Shown: positions 34,723 to 45,864 of the stretch, piece after piece
Layout: every line of letters starts with the position of its first letter
Numbering within the stretch: position 1 is the first letter of the stretch
From: Vitrella brassicaformis CCMP3155
Lineage: Eukaryota; Protista; Chromerida
Assembly (NCBI GenBank): GCA_001179505.1
Contig: CDMY01000295.1
Coordinates: forward strand, 248,001 to 312,000
Reading direction: 5' to 3'
DNA length: 64,000 nt
Position numbers and translations under genes: made by a program
Notes under the pieces: model-generated
Told to the model about the DNA's origin: nothing
The model's input: only the letters and a program-made list of their open reading frames with translations
Databases searched by the model: none

Positions 34723-37700
34723 ATAAGTGTGGCTTGCTCCTTCCTGCATGTGTGTTTCCTCCGTGTCCGCGCGTGTGTGTCTGGTCTGCGTGCAGGTCAC
34801 ATCGACTTCACTATCGAGGTCGAGCGCGCCTTGTCAGTGCTGGATGGGGCGGTGCTCGTGGTGTGTGGGGTGTCTGGGGTGCAGTCACAGACACTCACCG
34901 TCGACAGGCAAATGAGAAGGTCAGCTCTACGCTGCAGGCCAGGGCATCGAGATCATGGCGAATAGAAGGGGTGCGGTGTGGTGCGCTGTGGACACACACA
35001 TGCAGGTACAACGTTCCCCGAGTGGTCTTCATCAACAAGCTCGACCGCGACGGCGCTGACCCCCCGCGATGCCTAAACATGCTACGGAACAAACTCGGAC
35101 TCAGAACATGCCCCATACAGGTCTCCATCCATCCATCCATCCATCCATCTGTGTGTGTGCTTGTAGGTGCCAATGGGTCTCGAGAGCCGCCACAGGGGTG
35201 TGATAGATGTCATCGACAGGAAGGCCTACGCCTTCGATGGTTACAAGGGCAGCGAGCGGACGGAAATCGACGTTCCCCCCGAGTTCGCCGAACAAGTGGA
35301 GGTCAGTCGGTCAGTCCGTCTTTGCGTCTGGTTCTTTCCACTGCCACGTGTGTGTGCGGTTGCGGTTCTGCAGGTCACCCGCGCAGAGCTGCTGGAGACG
35401 CTGGCAGACCTCGATGACGAATTCGCCGAACACTACCTAGAACGTAACACAGAGAAGAGAGAGCCATCCATCCAATCATCCGTCCAGCTGTCCGTCGTGT
35501 GTGTGTCAGACGAGGCCGCATCTTCCCCCGAGGCCATCCACGCTGCTGTGAGGCGGCAGACCATCCAGCGCACCTTCTCGCCAATGCTGATGGGCAGCGC
35601 ATACAAGAACAAGGGCGTGCAGAACCTGTTGGATGCCGTGTGCAGATACCTCCCCAACCCAAGTGACAAGCGTGATATATGGGGGCGGGGCGGCTGTCGC
35701 GTGTCTATCCGTGCAGTGTGTGTGGTGTGGTGTGGTGTGGTGGGTGACTGCAGCTGAGGTGCGAAATGTTGCGTTAGATCAGGACAACGATGAGGAGACG
35801 GTGGAGCTGTCGTGCGACCCCAAGAAGCCGCTCGTGGCCCTCGCGTTCAAAATACAAGTACACACACATTCACAGACACACAGAGACACAGAGGAAGATG
35901 GAGAGAGAGACACACCACAAGCAAGCAACGGAACAAACGCGCCGCACCCATCTCTCTCTCTCCCTCTCTCCGTGTCCGTGTGTCTGTCTGTCTGTCTGTC
36001 TGCCAGGATCTGCCCACGGGCCAGCTGACGTACATGCGCCTCTACCAAGGCAAGCTACAGAAGGGCATGAGCATCACCAACATGACCACCCAGAAGAAGC
36101 ACCCCATCAAGCGCATCTTTCGAATGCACTCCAACGAAATGCGACCCGTCGACACCGCCGCGGCAGGCGACATCGTCGCCCTAGGTGGGCTGGAGGTCGC
36201 CAGCGGCACCACCTTCACCGACGGCCGGCTGCGCTACACCATGACGACCATGTACGTGCCGCCCCCTGTCATGAGCCTGGCGATAAAGGTGTCAACACGG
36301 GGCGAGATGGACCGCTTCTCCAAGGCGATTGGGAAGTTCCAGAGGGAAGACCCGACTTTTCATGTGCACACGGACGAGGAGAGCAAGGAGATCATTATGA
36401 GTGGTCAGCCAGTCAGCAGCCATGTCGGTCGGTCGATGGCGTGGCGTCCATCTCTCTCTCTCTCTGGGTGCAGGGATGGGGGAGCTTCACCTTGAGATCT
36501 ACGCCGAGCGAATGAGGAGGGAATACAACATCGCTGTCGAGACAGGTCGGTCCGTCCGTCTGTGTACGCTCTGCGCTTTTTGTGTCGATCTCTCTCTGTG
36601 TGTCGTGTGTCAGGTGCGCCCAAGGTGAATTTTCGCGAGACCATCACCACCAAGTGTGACTACGACTACACACACAAGCGACAGTCGGGCGGCAGAGGCG
36701 AATACGGAAAGGTACGTGTGTCGCCCAATCTTCCGCAATCGACCGATCGATGCGTGTGAATGGATGAATGGATGGATGGGTGGGTGGGTGGGTGCAGATC
36801 ATCGGCTACTTCGAGCCGATTCCCGAGGAGGATGCCCCGGACGACGGAGAGGACAGCATCATTTTCGAGTCACAACTGGTCAGTCAGTCAGTTAGTCAGC
36901 TCAGCTCAGCTCAGCTAAGCAGCAGTGCTGTCCCTCCATCCATCGCCGGCTTGTATGCATCTTTGTTGGCCTGCATTCAACTCAACCCAGATGGGCAACG
37001 ACATTCCCCCCAGCTACATCCCCTCAATCGAGAAGGGCTTCAGGGAATGCGCCAGAAAGGTGAGTGAGAGAATGGGCGCGATCAGATGGTGTCACCCAAA
37101 CCCACACCCACACCCACGCACACGCACCCCTCTGTGTGTGTGCTGAGCTGACAGGGTCTGCTGTCCGGCCACCCCTTGATCAACACCAAGTTCGTGGTGC
37201 ACGACGGCAAGGCCCACGAGGTCGATTCCAGCGACCAGGCTTTCAGGAACGCGGCGGAAGGCGCCTTCAGGTGAACGAACCGCCCTGCCGCTCCTCGTGT
37301 TGTGCGCACCCACACCTCTCTCTGTGTGCGTTGCGTTTGTGTGTAGGAATTTCTACATGGATGCTGGTCCGGTGATTCTGGAGCCCATCATGGCTGTCGA
37401 GGTCACCGTGCCGGCGGACCAACAGGTCAGGCCAGGCAGGGAGGGAGGGAGAGGGAGGGAGGGAGGGAGGGAAAGAACCCCACACAACACAACACAACAC
37501 AACACGACACAACACAACACACACGCACTAGGCTGCTAAATGTGTGTCTTGTGTGTGTGTGTGTGTGTGAGTAGGCAGTGGCAGTGACGAGCATCACGCG
37601 GCGGAAAGGCAGCGTGACCAACACCAGCCAAAGGGTCAGCCAGTGACTTAATCAAGCTTCGTCTTTGCCAACCATCTGTGCTGTGCTGTGCTGTGCTGTG

Positions 37701-38055
37701 CTGTGCGTGTGTGAATGAATGTACGTGAATCGAATCTGCCGCATCCATCGCTGTGGCCACCAGGCCGAGACGGTCACCGTCCAGGCGGAGGTCGGCCTGA
37801 AGGACATGTTCGGCTACACCGCCGACATTCGATCTTTCACACAGGTCAATGAGGACTCCACACACACACACACACACACGCGCGCGCGCACACCCACATC
37901 CGTGTCTGTCTGTCTGTCTGTGTGAGCAGGGCCAGGGCGAGTACACGATGGAGTTCCTCTGCTACCGACAGATGGGCGGCAGTGAGCAGGAGGAGGTCGT
38001 CAACAAGTATCAGGAGCAGAGACTCGCTGAACTCAAGGCCAGGAGGGGCAGATAG
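33712..38055 (+). CDS. GFM1: Mitochondrial elongation factor G (EF-G1/GFM1-type)
   Basis: [117 protein letters not shown] and [25 protein letters not shown]. Acid-free Arg-rich presequence [14 protein letters not shown] from ATG 33712. Confidence 0.95.
34356..34708. other. Assembly gap (34388-34687) flanked by poly-C tracts in an EF-G intron
   Basis: C30 at 34356-34385 and C21 at 34688-34708 flank 300 N. Confidence 0.95.
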
Positions 38056-38745
38056 ATAGACAATCAGACGAGACAGACAGCAGAGGCCTGGCGTGATGCG
38101 ACTTGCCATTCGATGACGGCAGCCAACATCGCGCCGAAGGGCTCGAGCTAATCCCTCTGATGCGCGGTGGGAGCTGATGTCGTTTGGTGAGGAAAGACAG
38201 TCAGGCAAGTCAAGTCCCACACCGAATCAGATTACGGTTGCGTGTGGCCACCTGTGCGTGAGACTGTGTGGGTGAGTGCCTTCCAAGAGGGCACCTTTGC
38301 GCGTCACGTGGAGGGTGCAATGCCTTGGGAGGGTGTGCAGTCAGTACCTGATGTATAGCTATAGCTAGAGCATATGCATGTGAGGGTAGTTATTTAATGA
38401 ACAACTAACCGGCATACCGAAATGAATGCGATGCGCCTTCTTTCTCGGCACGGATTGCGGATGATTGCAATGATGGTAAGGTAATGCAAGGCTTTGCCTG
38501 CAGGGGATGGCCGAGACGAAGGCTGCACAACGAGCTTGCCCGCTTCCATGCTCCCAGCACTACCCGCCGAGACAAAACCTTATGCCCTTCCTCGCCGCAT
38601 CCTGGCACACCTTGTAGCCAACGGCTTGCATGCAGATCGGCCTTTTCCTGTGCGAGAGGGAGAGAGAGGCACCGAACAAGCCCACAGCGACGCTCACACC
38701 CTTCCCCTCTCACCTTCCCCCCTCCGCCACATACGACCTAAAACG

Positions 38746-40959
38746 ATGACGCGCTCCCTCTCGGCGCTGCTGGTGTCCCACCTCGGCCTGCTCTCCTTCT
38801 CCCTCGCCCAGATCCACCCGCCCCCCATTTCCAAGCAAGACCACGCACATTTCAAGCAGGACCACGCACACTTCACCAAGACGGGCGGACCCCTCAGCAA
38901 ACCCAGCAGACCCGCAACAGCGCCGCTGCATAGCCATGCCCGTCCCACTGGCGGCGGTGGCAAGGGTTCCATCGTGACTCCCTCCAAGACCAAGACAGGC
39001 AGCCCGCTCAGCCGCGGCCCGCCCCCCGGCGGCCACGGTGCCCCTCTCGATGCGGCAGCCTCACATGCCGGTGTCAGTGCGGCGGCCGGCCGCGTGGCTG
39101 AGCGGCCTCATGCAACCGCATCAGGGCTCGTTTCCGGCTGGACCGACATGGTGCCCGGCACGTCCGCTCGAGGGCCGTATCGCGGTGGCGATGCCGGCAA
39201 CGCCCCTGCGGCGTTGGCTGCAGCCGCCGCCAGCAGAGGAGGTCGATCTCCCCTGCCCGCTCGGGGCAACTCCACCGAAGGCCTGCCGACGGGCTGGACG
39301 GAGCCTGCCCCGGGGGATGACGGCCCGCCCGAGATGACCGACGCAGTGATCTTCCGGGGCAATTCGCCGCGGAGCCAGGGTGCGCCGGCGTGTGCCTTGG
39401 TTGACTCGCATGACGTGATGGAGGTGCCTGTGGGCGGGCTGGTGCATTTCAACCTGACGGTCAAGTGCCCGGGGGTATCGGCGCCCCTGAACGACACTTT
39501 CGAAGGGGTGCGGGCGGAGGTGCTCGAGTGGGACGGGCTGCTCCACGATGAGTGGGAGATCGGCATGGGACGCGACAACGAGACTCCCGTATTGCTCAAG
39601 GAACTCGGTATGACTGCGCGCGCGTGTCCGGCAGCATGTGTGTGCCGATGTGTCCATGTGTCCATGTGTGTGGGGTGTGGGGTGCAGTTGAGGAGTCGAT
39701 GCCGCCGATGCTGGAGTTCTACAACCTCCACTGGAGCCCGTCGCGGCACAAGAGCGGCATGTTCCAGGTCACCGGCAAGATAGAGGGGTACGACCGAATC
39801 AACGTCTACCACCCTCCCACCAAACGCACCTACTGGGTCCCAGGTAGGTACCTACAGCTGTCATCCTCATCCCCACACCCTTCTACCGTGCCACACCCAT
39901 CATCTGCCATCCCCCTGTCCTGTATGTCAGCTGCTGGTCGGTTCACCGTCTCGCTGTCCTACGACCTGTTGGCCATCAGTGTGACCGTTGCAGTGCTGCC
40001 CTCCCAGCCGACAGTCAACCTGACAGGGTGGCACGGCTGGGGCTACAACTACAGCAAAGCCCTGGAGCCCGCCATCGACCAGGGCATGTACCGCCTCGAG
40101 ACACACGACGACGACGAGGACCTGCAGGAGATCCGTGTGGGTGACCTCTTCACCAGGGAGCTGCGGATCGTGCGCAAGGGTAACGACAGCAGTAAGGAAG
40201 ACTGGGTGGAGACCGAGGAGAACCCGCTGGTGGACATCATCCCCAGGGCCATCTGGGTGGCCAACGCCGTGACGGCGGGGCACTTCAGCAACAGGACCCT
40301 CAACAGGTACGCAACGCAAGAGGGTGTGTGGGTGTGTGCGTGTCCTGTCGTGTGGATGATGTGTGTGTGACATCTGTGTGTCAGGTTCAATTGGCTGCAC
40401 GACCCGTTCATCGGTCCGAAGATGGGCTTCCTGGTGGAGGAGAAGCGCAGCGAGAAGCGCGTGGCGGGGGGGCTGCTCATCGGGCGGCGCTTCCAGTGGC
40501 GGCCCACACCGGACGAAGCGGGCTCACAGGTGCGCCATGGGCGTCGTGTCTTCTACACAGACAGTATCTATGTGTGACTCCTTATTCAAATTTGGTGGGT
40601 GCAGATGGCGATCTGCTTTGTGGTCCACGACCCCTACAATCTGTATGCCCCCGGCACAACCATGTTCTACGAGAGCAACCCCCTCCCAGACGACACCGCC
40701 ACGCTCCCGCCCTCACTCCTCCCGCCCACATCGCCTTTCACACTGTAAAACAGCGCGCAAACAAACCACACACATAGACGAGACGACAGAGAGAGACACA
40801 GCTTGCTAATGCTTCCGCTCCTCTGTCTGTCTGTCTGTCTGTCTGTCTGTCAGCCGTTCGCGCGCCCCCGAGTATGCGCAGTGCGTCAACGTGCGCGTCA
40901 AGCACCCCGAGCAGTTCCAGGCCTTCCTCAGCCAACGCAGCAAAGGCAACGAGGCCTAG
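38746..40959 (+). CDS. Secreted hypothetical protein: signal peptide, low-complexity linker and probable beta-sandwich domains
   Basis: MTRSLSALLVSHLGLLSFSLA signal peptide, KQDHAHF x2 and a Pro/Gly/Ala linker, then beta-strand-like segments (GLVHFNLTVKC, FYNLHWSP, FQWRPTPDEAGSQMAICFVVHD). Five GT-AG introns splice in frame to SKGNEA* at 40959. Confidence 0.6.
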
Positions 40960-43697
40960 CAGCAGCAGCAGCAGCAGCACCCACTGACTGACTGACTGAC
41001 TGATACACACTTACACACACACATCATAGATAGCGTAGATATGATGCCTTCATACAGTGGCAACCATGGATAGGATGGCGATATGTAATATAGATGTGTG
41101 TGTGGATGTGTGTGTGTGTGCTGATACCCTTCCCCTCCCCTCCCCCCCCTTCCCTTCCCTTCCCTCCCCTCCCCTCCCCCCTCCCCTTCCCTTATTCTCT
41201 AGGCCGACTAATTCAGGTGTGTGTGCGAGCGTGTCACTTAGGTAAGGGGGAGGGAGGGAGGGAGGCTGACAGGAATGGATGTGTGATGCGTGACAATGGC
41301 GTGTGTGAAGAGGTGGGTTTATGGGGGGAGGGGGTGGTGGTGGGTGGTGGGTGCGGCCCCAAAGCGGGAACCGACCGCGCCTGCCTTGGTGCTGTGCCGT
41401 CCGTGACGTGAGACTGTGGGGTGTGGGGTGTGAGGTGCATGTGTGCAGCGAGCGTGTGCCGAGAGATGATTCACTCACTTCGGCGGGCCTCCTGTGTCTG
41501 TCTCAATATATTGTGTGCATGTTTATAGTGTGTCTGTCTGTCTGTCTGTTCGTAGCATTTCAGAGGTGTCTGCCGCGTACATATTACTTACACACGTAAG
41601 GATGGATGGATGGATGGCGGGCTGGCTGGCTGGCTGCTGGCCTCTTTTATCCTCTCTCGTGTGACGGTGCTGCCTTGATATTATTGCCTCGACTACGTGT
41701 CTGTGCAGAGAAGAGACGTGTGTGCAGCATGCGTGTTGTGATCATGACGAGAGAGGCGCGGATGGATGGATGGATCATTTATGGCTTGCCTCCCTGGTGC
41801 CTGCGAGGGTGAGGTCATGTAAGTCTAACCGTACGTGTATGTGGCTGCTTGTACACGTAGCTAGCTGGGTTTGGTGTGTGGCCAGCCCAGCCCATTTGTG
41901 TGGTGTGTTGCCCGCCATGTGGTGAATGCTTGTAGGAGAAAGACAGACAGACCCGTTGAATGAACCACATCAACAGGTGTTAAGTCTTACGTCAAACCCG
42001 CCAGCCTGCCAACCGAACCGTCACTCATCGAATGAAAGCATTCAAGAGCATGACTCAGTCATGGTGTCCGTCCGTCCGTTGCGTGCAGCAAGCCATCAAT
42101 CAGGTGGTCACCAGCAGCCGTTAATTGTGGTAGGGTCACACCCACTGTGAGTGCGATCCATCCATCCCGTCAACGACTCCCCACCTCCCTCTCTCCCGCA
42201 CGCACCATCCACACACGCACACACCGACGACGATAAACCGACAGGCAGGCAGGCAGACAGACGGACAAGACAGACAGACTGGCAGACAAACACCACCATG
42301 ATCACTGCTTCCTTGCTCATGCCATGCCACCATCCATGAGCTCTGAGCGGTGTGTATGTAATCACCCGTCTAGTCTATCAGTCAGTAAGTAGCACATCAG
42401 CACCACCACACTACACGCCACGGGACACATCTCTCTCCTCTCCTCTCCCAGCAGACAGCTGGCCTCTGTGGTTCTCATATATTCGTGCTGATGCTCTCCC
42501 TTGTGCGACCTACCTCGACACGGTCCTTTCACAGACATGCCAAAACAAGTCGCAAAAGAAGTAGCGTAGCGTCAGACGAACATTGCAAACCAGCGGCCAC
42601 ACAACACGCAACTCATCATCTTGATTGAATCATGACACCAACCAACCCAGATGTGGTCGTCCTTCGTGCGATGTGCCGCCCGCCCAGCCACCTCCCCTCC
42701 ACCAGCACTGTCCTTCCTTCCACAGACATGTCATCTCATGCCACCACAACGTGGGGGACCAACCCGGCCCGTCAACCAACGACACGAATGAAACAAACCA
42801 GCACACAACACATCATCACATCACATGAGCGAAACGTCGATCGATAAAAGGCCAGTGCAGTCAGTGCATTCGTCCGTCCGTCCGTCATCCGTGTCTGTCT
42901 GTCGTGTCAGTCAATCAGTAAGTAAAAAGACACATCGATTCGATGGATTCGATGGGATGAAGGAATGCATGAATCCGTGAGTGAATGGAATGAGGCGTGC
43001 CATACGATGCACTTTGTCCGTCGCACACACATACACCCTCTGCGCGACTGCCTGCCTGCCTGCCTACGTACGCAAGAACGTTCTGTGCCGTGCCGTACTG
43101 TGCCGTGCAGCCAGCCAGCCAGCCAGCCCGCAGCAGCCCCGCCGCGTACACAGTAGACAGCAAGGGCCGACTAAAACACAACCAGCCCCCACAACCACTA
43201 TCGTCAGAGTAAAACCCCCAAACACCCCCAAAGACACTTACAGCAAGTGGGTCAAGGCGAGAGGGAGGCAGTGAGGGAAGCCAGTAGCGATTGCAGGAGG
43301 GAGGCAGGGAGGGAGGCAGCGACACGGCAGGGAGGCAGGAAGGGAGGCAGGCGAGAGAGAGTGAGGGCCGACAAAAAGGCGGGGCAGGCCTCACTGTCCT
43401 CATGTATGTGTGTATACGTGTATGTGCGACTCATCCAGTGTAGCAGGTAGGTAAACCGTCAACAAGAGAGAGAGGGGGAGGGGGGAAGTACAAACAGACG
43501 GCCGGCCGGCAAGTAGACAGGCTGGCGTGTCGTGTGCACATGCGATGAAAACAGCTGGTACCAGCAGCCAACCAGCCAGGACGACCGACCAACCCCCCTC
43601 TCCCTCTCTCTGCGATGAAAAACGACAGAAGGTACCAATCCGGTCCAGCATCAATCATTACGATCCTATGTTATGCTATCACCAATCCAGCGATCCA
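40960..43697. repeat. Microsatellite mosaic between convergent 3' ends: (CTGA)n, (GT)n, (CCCTT)n, (GATG)n, (GGCT)n, (GGCA)n, (CAGC)n
   Basis: Simple repeats are read directly. No credible coding ORF; the ORF-track translations here are repeat-derived. Confidence 0.75.
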
Positions 43698-45179
43698 TCA
43701 CTTGCTCCCTCCCTCCCCCTCCCCCACGTCAAAACCAACACACGCACCGTCCTGCGGCCCAGCCACATGTGCGTGCGCAGCTGCTGCATCCTGCTGCTGG
43801 TCCAGGTAAAGCAGGATGCTGTCGATCAGCAGCGCCTCCGTCAGGTGCAGGTCCACCTCACCCACCTCGCTCCCACTCTCGGTCGTCCGCTCGTCGTCAG
43901 AGTGGCTCTCCTCCTCTGACGGACCGCCGCTGCCCTTCTCATCTCCACCAGTGTCACCCTTGGCGCACTTGGCAAACACCGGCAGGCTCCACTGCAGCGT
44001 GTCGAGCCCCACACCGGCCCCCGAGTCCCACCCCCCGCCGCGTGTGGGTGCGCCGGGCGTCCTGGGGTGGGCCGGGATGTAGTGGAATCGCACGCGGACG
44101 GGGGTCGGTTCGGACACGATCTCCCGGTCGGGGAGGGGGGGAGGGGAGCCGTGGACGGCGGTCTCTTGGAACTGGAACCGTTTGACGGTCTCCTGCATGA
44201 TGGTGTCGTCGATGACCTCATTGTCAGTCAGGTCCGAGCACTCGGTGACCTCGCTGGTGCTGACCGATGAGGAGCTCGGGGAGGTGTCGTGCGTGTTGGC
44301 CATCTGCGTGGGCGTGGGCGTGCGCCGCCGGCCGCTGTCACCGCCACCACCACCACCACTACCACTACCACTGTTGTCACTCGACCACTCACGGCGCTCG
44401 TACACGCCCGCACCGCTGGGCTTGTTGTCTTGTTGCGTTGATGCGATAGCATTGTTGCCATTGCCATTGCCATTGTCATTGTCACTGTCGTCGTCGAAAC
44501 GAACAGGCGCCGAATGACCCACGCCGTCAGCCAGCCGCTCACACGACCGAGACCCACACAGCCGGAACAGCCGCATCAAGCCGCACTGCTTCCTACCGCC
44601 ACTGCCACTAGTGCTGCTGCCGACAGAAGAGGCGCTCTTGAGCATCTTCTGCCGACACGTGAACGACCTGCTGATGTGCAGGTGCCGCACATGGGCCACA
44701 GTCCGCGCCTGCGCACGGACATGCTTGAGCCATCCGGCGATCGGCTGGTGGTTGTGCTGATGCTCCGATCCCGTCATGAGCGATGATCCGCTGCTGGACG
44801 GCCGGCTGCCGATGGTGGTTGAGCGTGCGGGGGAGAAGGGGGGGCTGCAGGTGGGCGTGCCGTCCTCGGCGGAGTCGCCGTGAGGGGTGTCGCTAAGTGA
44901 GTTCGCGTCGAAGTAGGGGTCGCTGAGGGACTTGTGGCATGTCGGCGTCGCCAGAGGGGTGAGATGTGTCTCGTCTATCTCCCAAATCACCGGCAGCACC
45001 CGCCTGCACGCAACACACGCAAAGACAGAGGAATGCCACGTGCCCGTCGCCATGAATCTTTCGCCTCGCCTTTTGACGGCTTACGGGAGTTCCGAGAGGT
45101 CTCTCTTGACGCATAGAGGCCCGTCTGACTCCGCGCGTCTGAACAGACGCCTGCGATTCCACAAAGGCGACAGATCCAT
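43698..45179 (-). CDS. Hypothetical low-complexity (Ser/Gly/Asp-rich) protein; may extend upstream to about 45698
   Basis: MDLSPLWNRRRLFRRAESDGPLCVKRDLSELP (ATG 45179) splices via gtaagc...gtgcag in frame into ORF 43698..45053. No domain recognised. Confidence 0.5.
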
Positions 45180-45864
45180 CGCCGAGAGCACTCAGGTCAT
45201 CGGGACATGCAGAGAACGAAAAATGAGTAAGCTGTCTTCGCTCGCGTCGAGGCAGCCACGTGAGTGTGTCTTTTCTGGCTGTCTTCTGTTGTTCTGTCCC
45301 TGCGAAATCAGAAGCCTGAGACCTCCAGCTCGCACAACGGTGCGATCCTGGAGAAAAGGTAGGAGAAAACAGAGAGGGAAAACAGGTGAGGAATCCACGG
45401 TGAGCGAGAAGGTGTGTTGAGCTATCGACTTGTTTCTTTCAGGAACTCCTGGTCTGACTGACCTGCTCCTGTTGCTTGATGTGATGATGCTCTCCGAGGC
45501 GTCTGGAGGCACTGGCTTGCCCAAGAAGGGCAGGAAGAAGCAGCTGAAGCAGAAGAAAACCTCGGACACCCACATCGCCCCTGTGGAAGTGTTGGCGAGG
45601 CAACAGACCGACTCCCCCGTCCACCATCGCAACAGAGCCACCCACTGGCGGGAATGGGACTTTCTCCGCACCCACAGCCACGGCAATCGCGACAGCATGA
45701 CCTCTGACGACACACAGGCCAGCCTACGACAGGCACTGAGTGCACCCTCTTCGCCGCAAAACCGGTTGCTGCGTGCGCTGCTGCTGCGGTTTTTCCCCAA
45801 TTTTATGACTGAGGAGAGGCGGGAGGGACGGAAGAGGGAGAAGGCGCACGAGGGCAAGGAGGAA

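Noticed and set aside
38279-38332. Imperfect hairpin CCTTCCAAG..GCACC / GGTGC..CTTGGGAGG downstream of EF-G
   Set aside because: Short and mismatched, with no H/ACA, SECIS or other diagnostic motif; expected by chance in GC-rich sequence.
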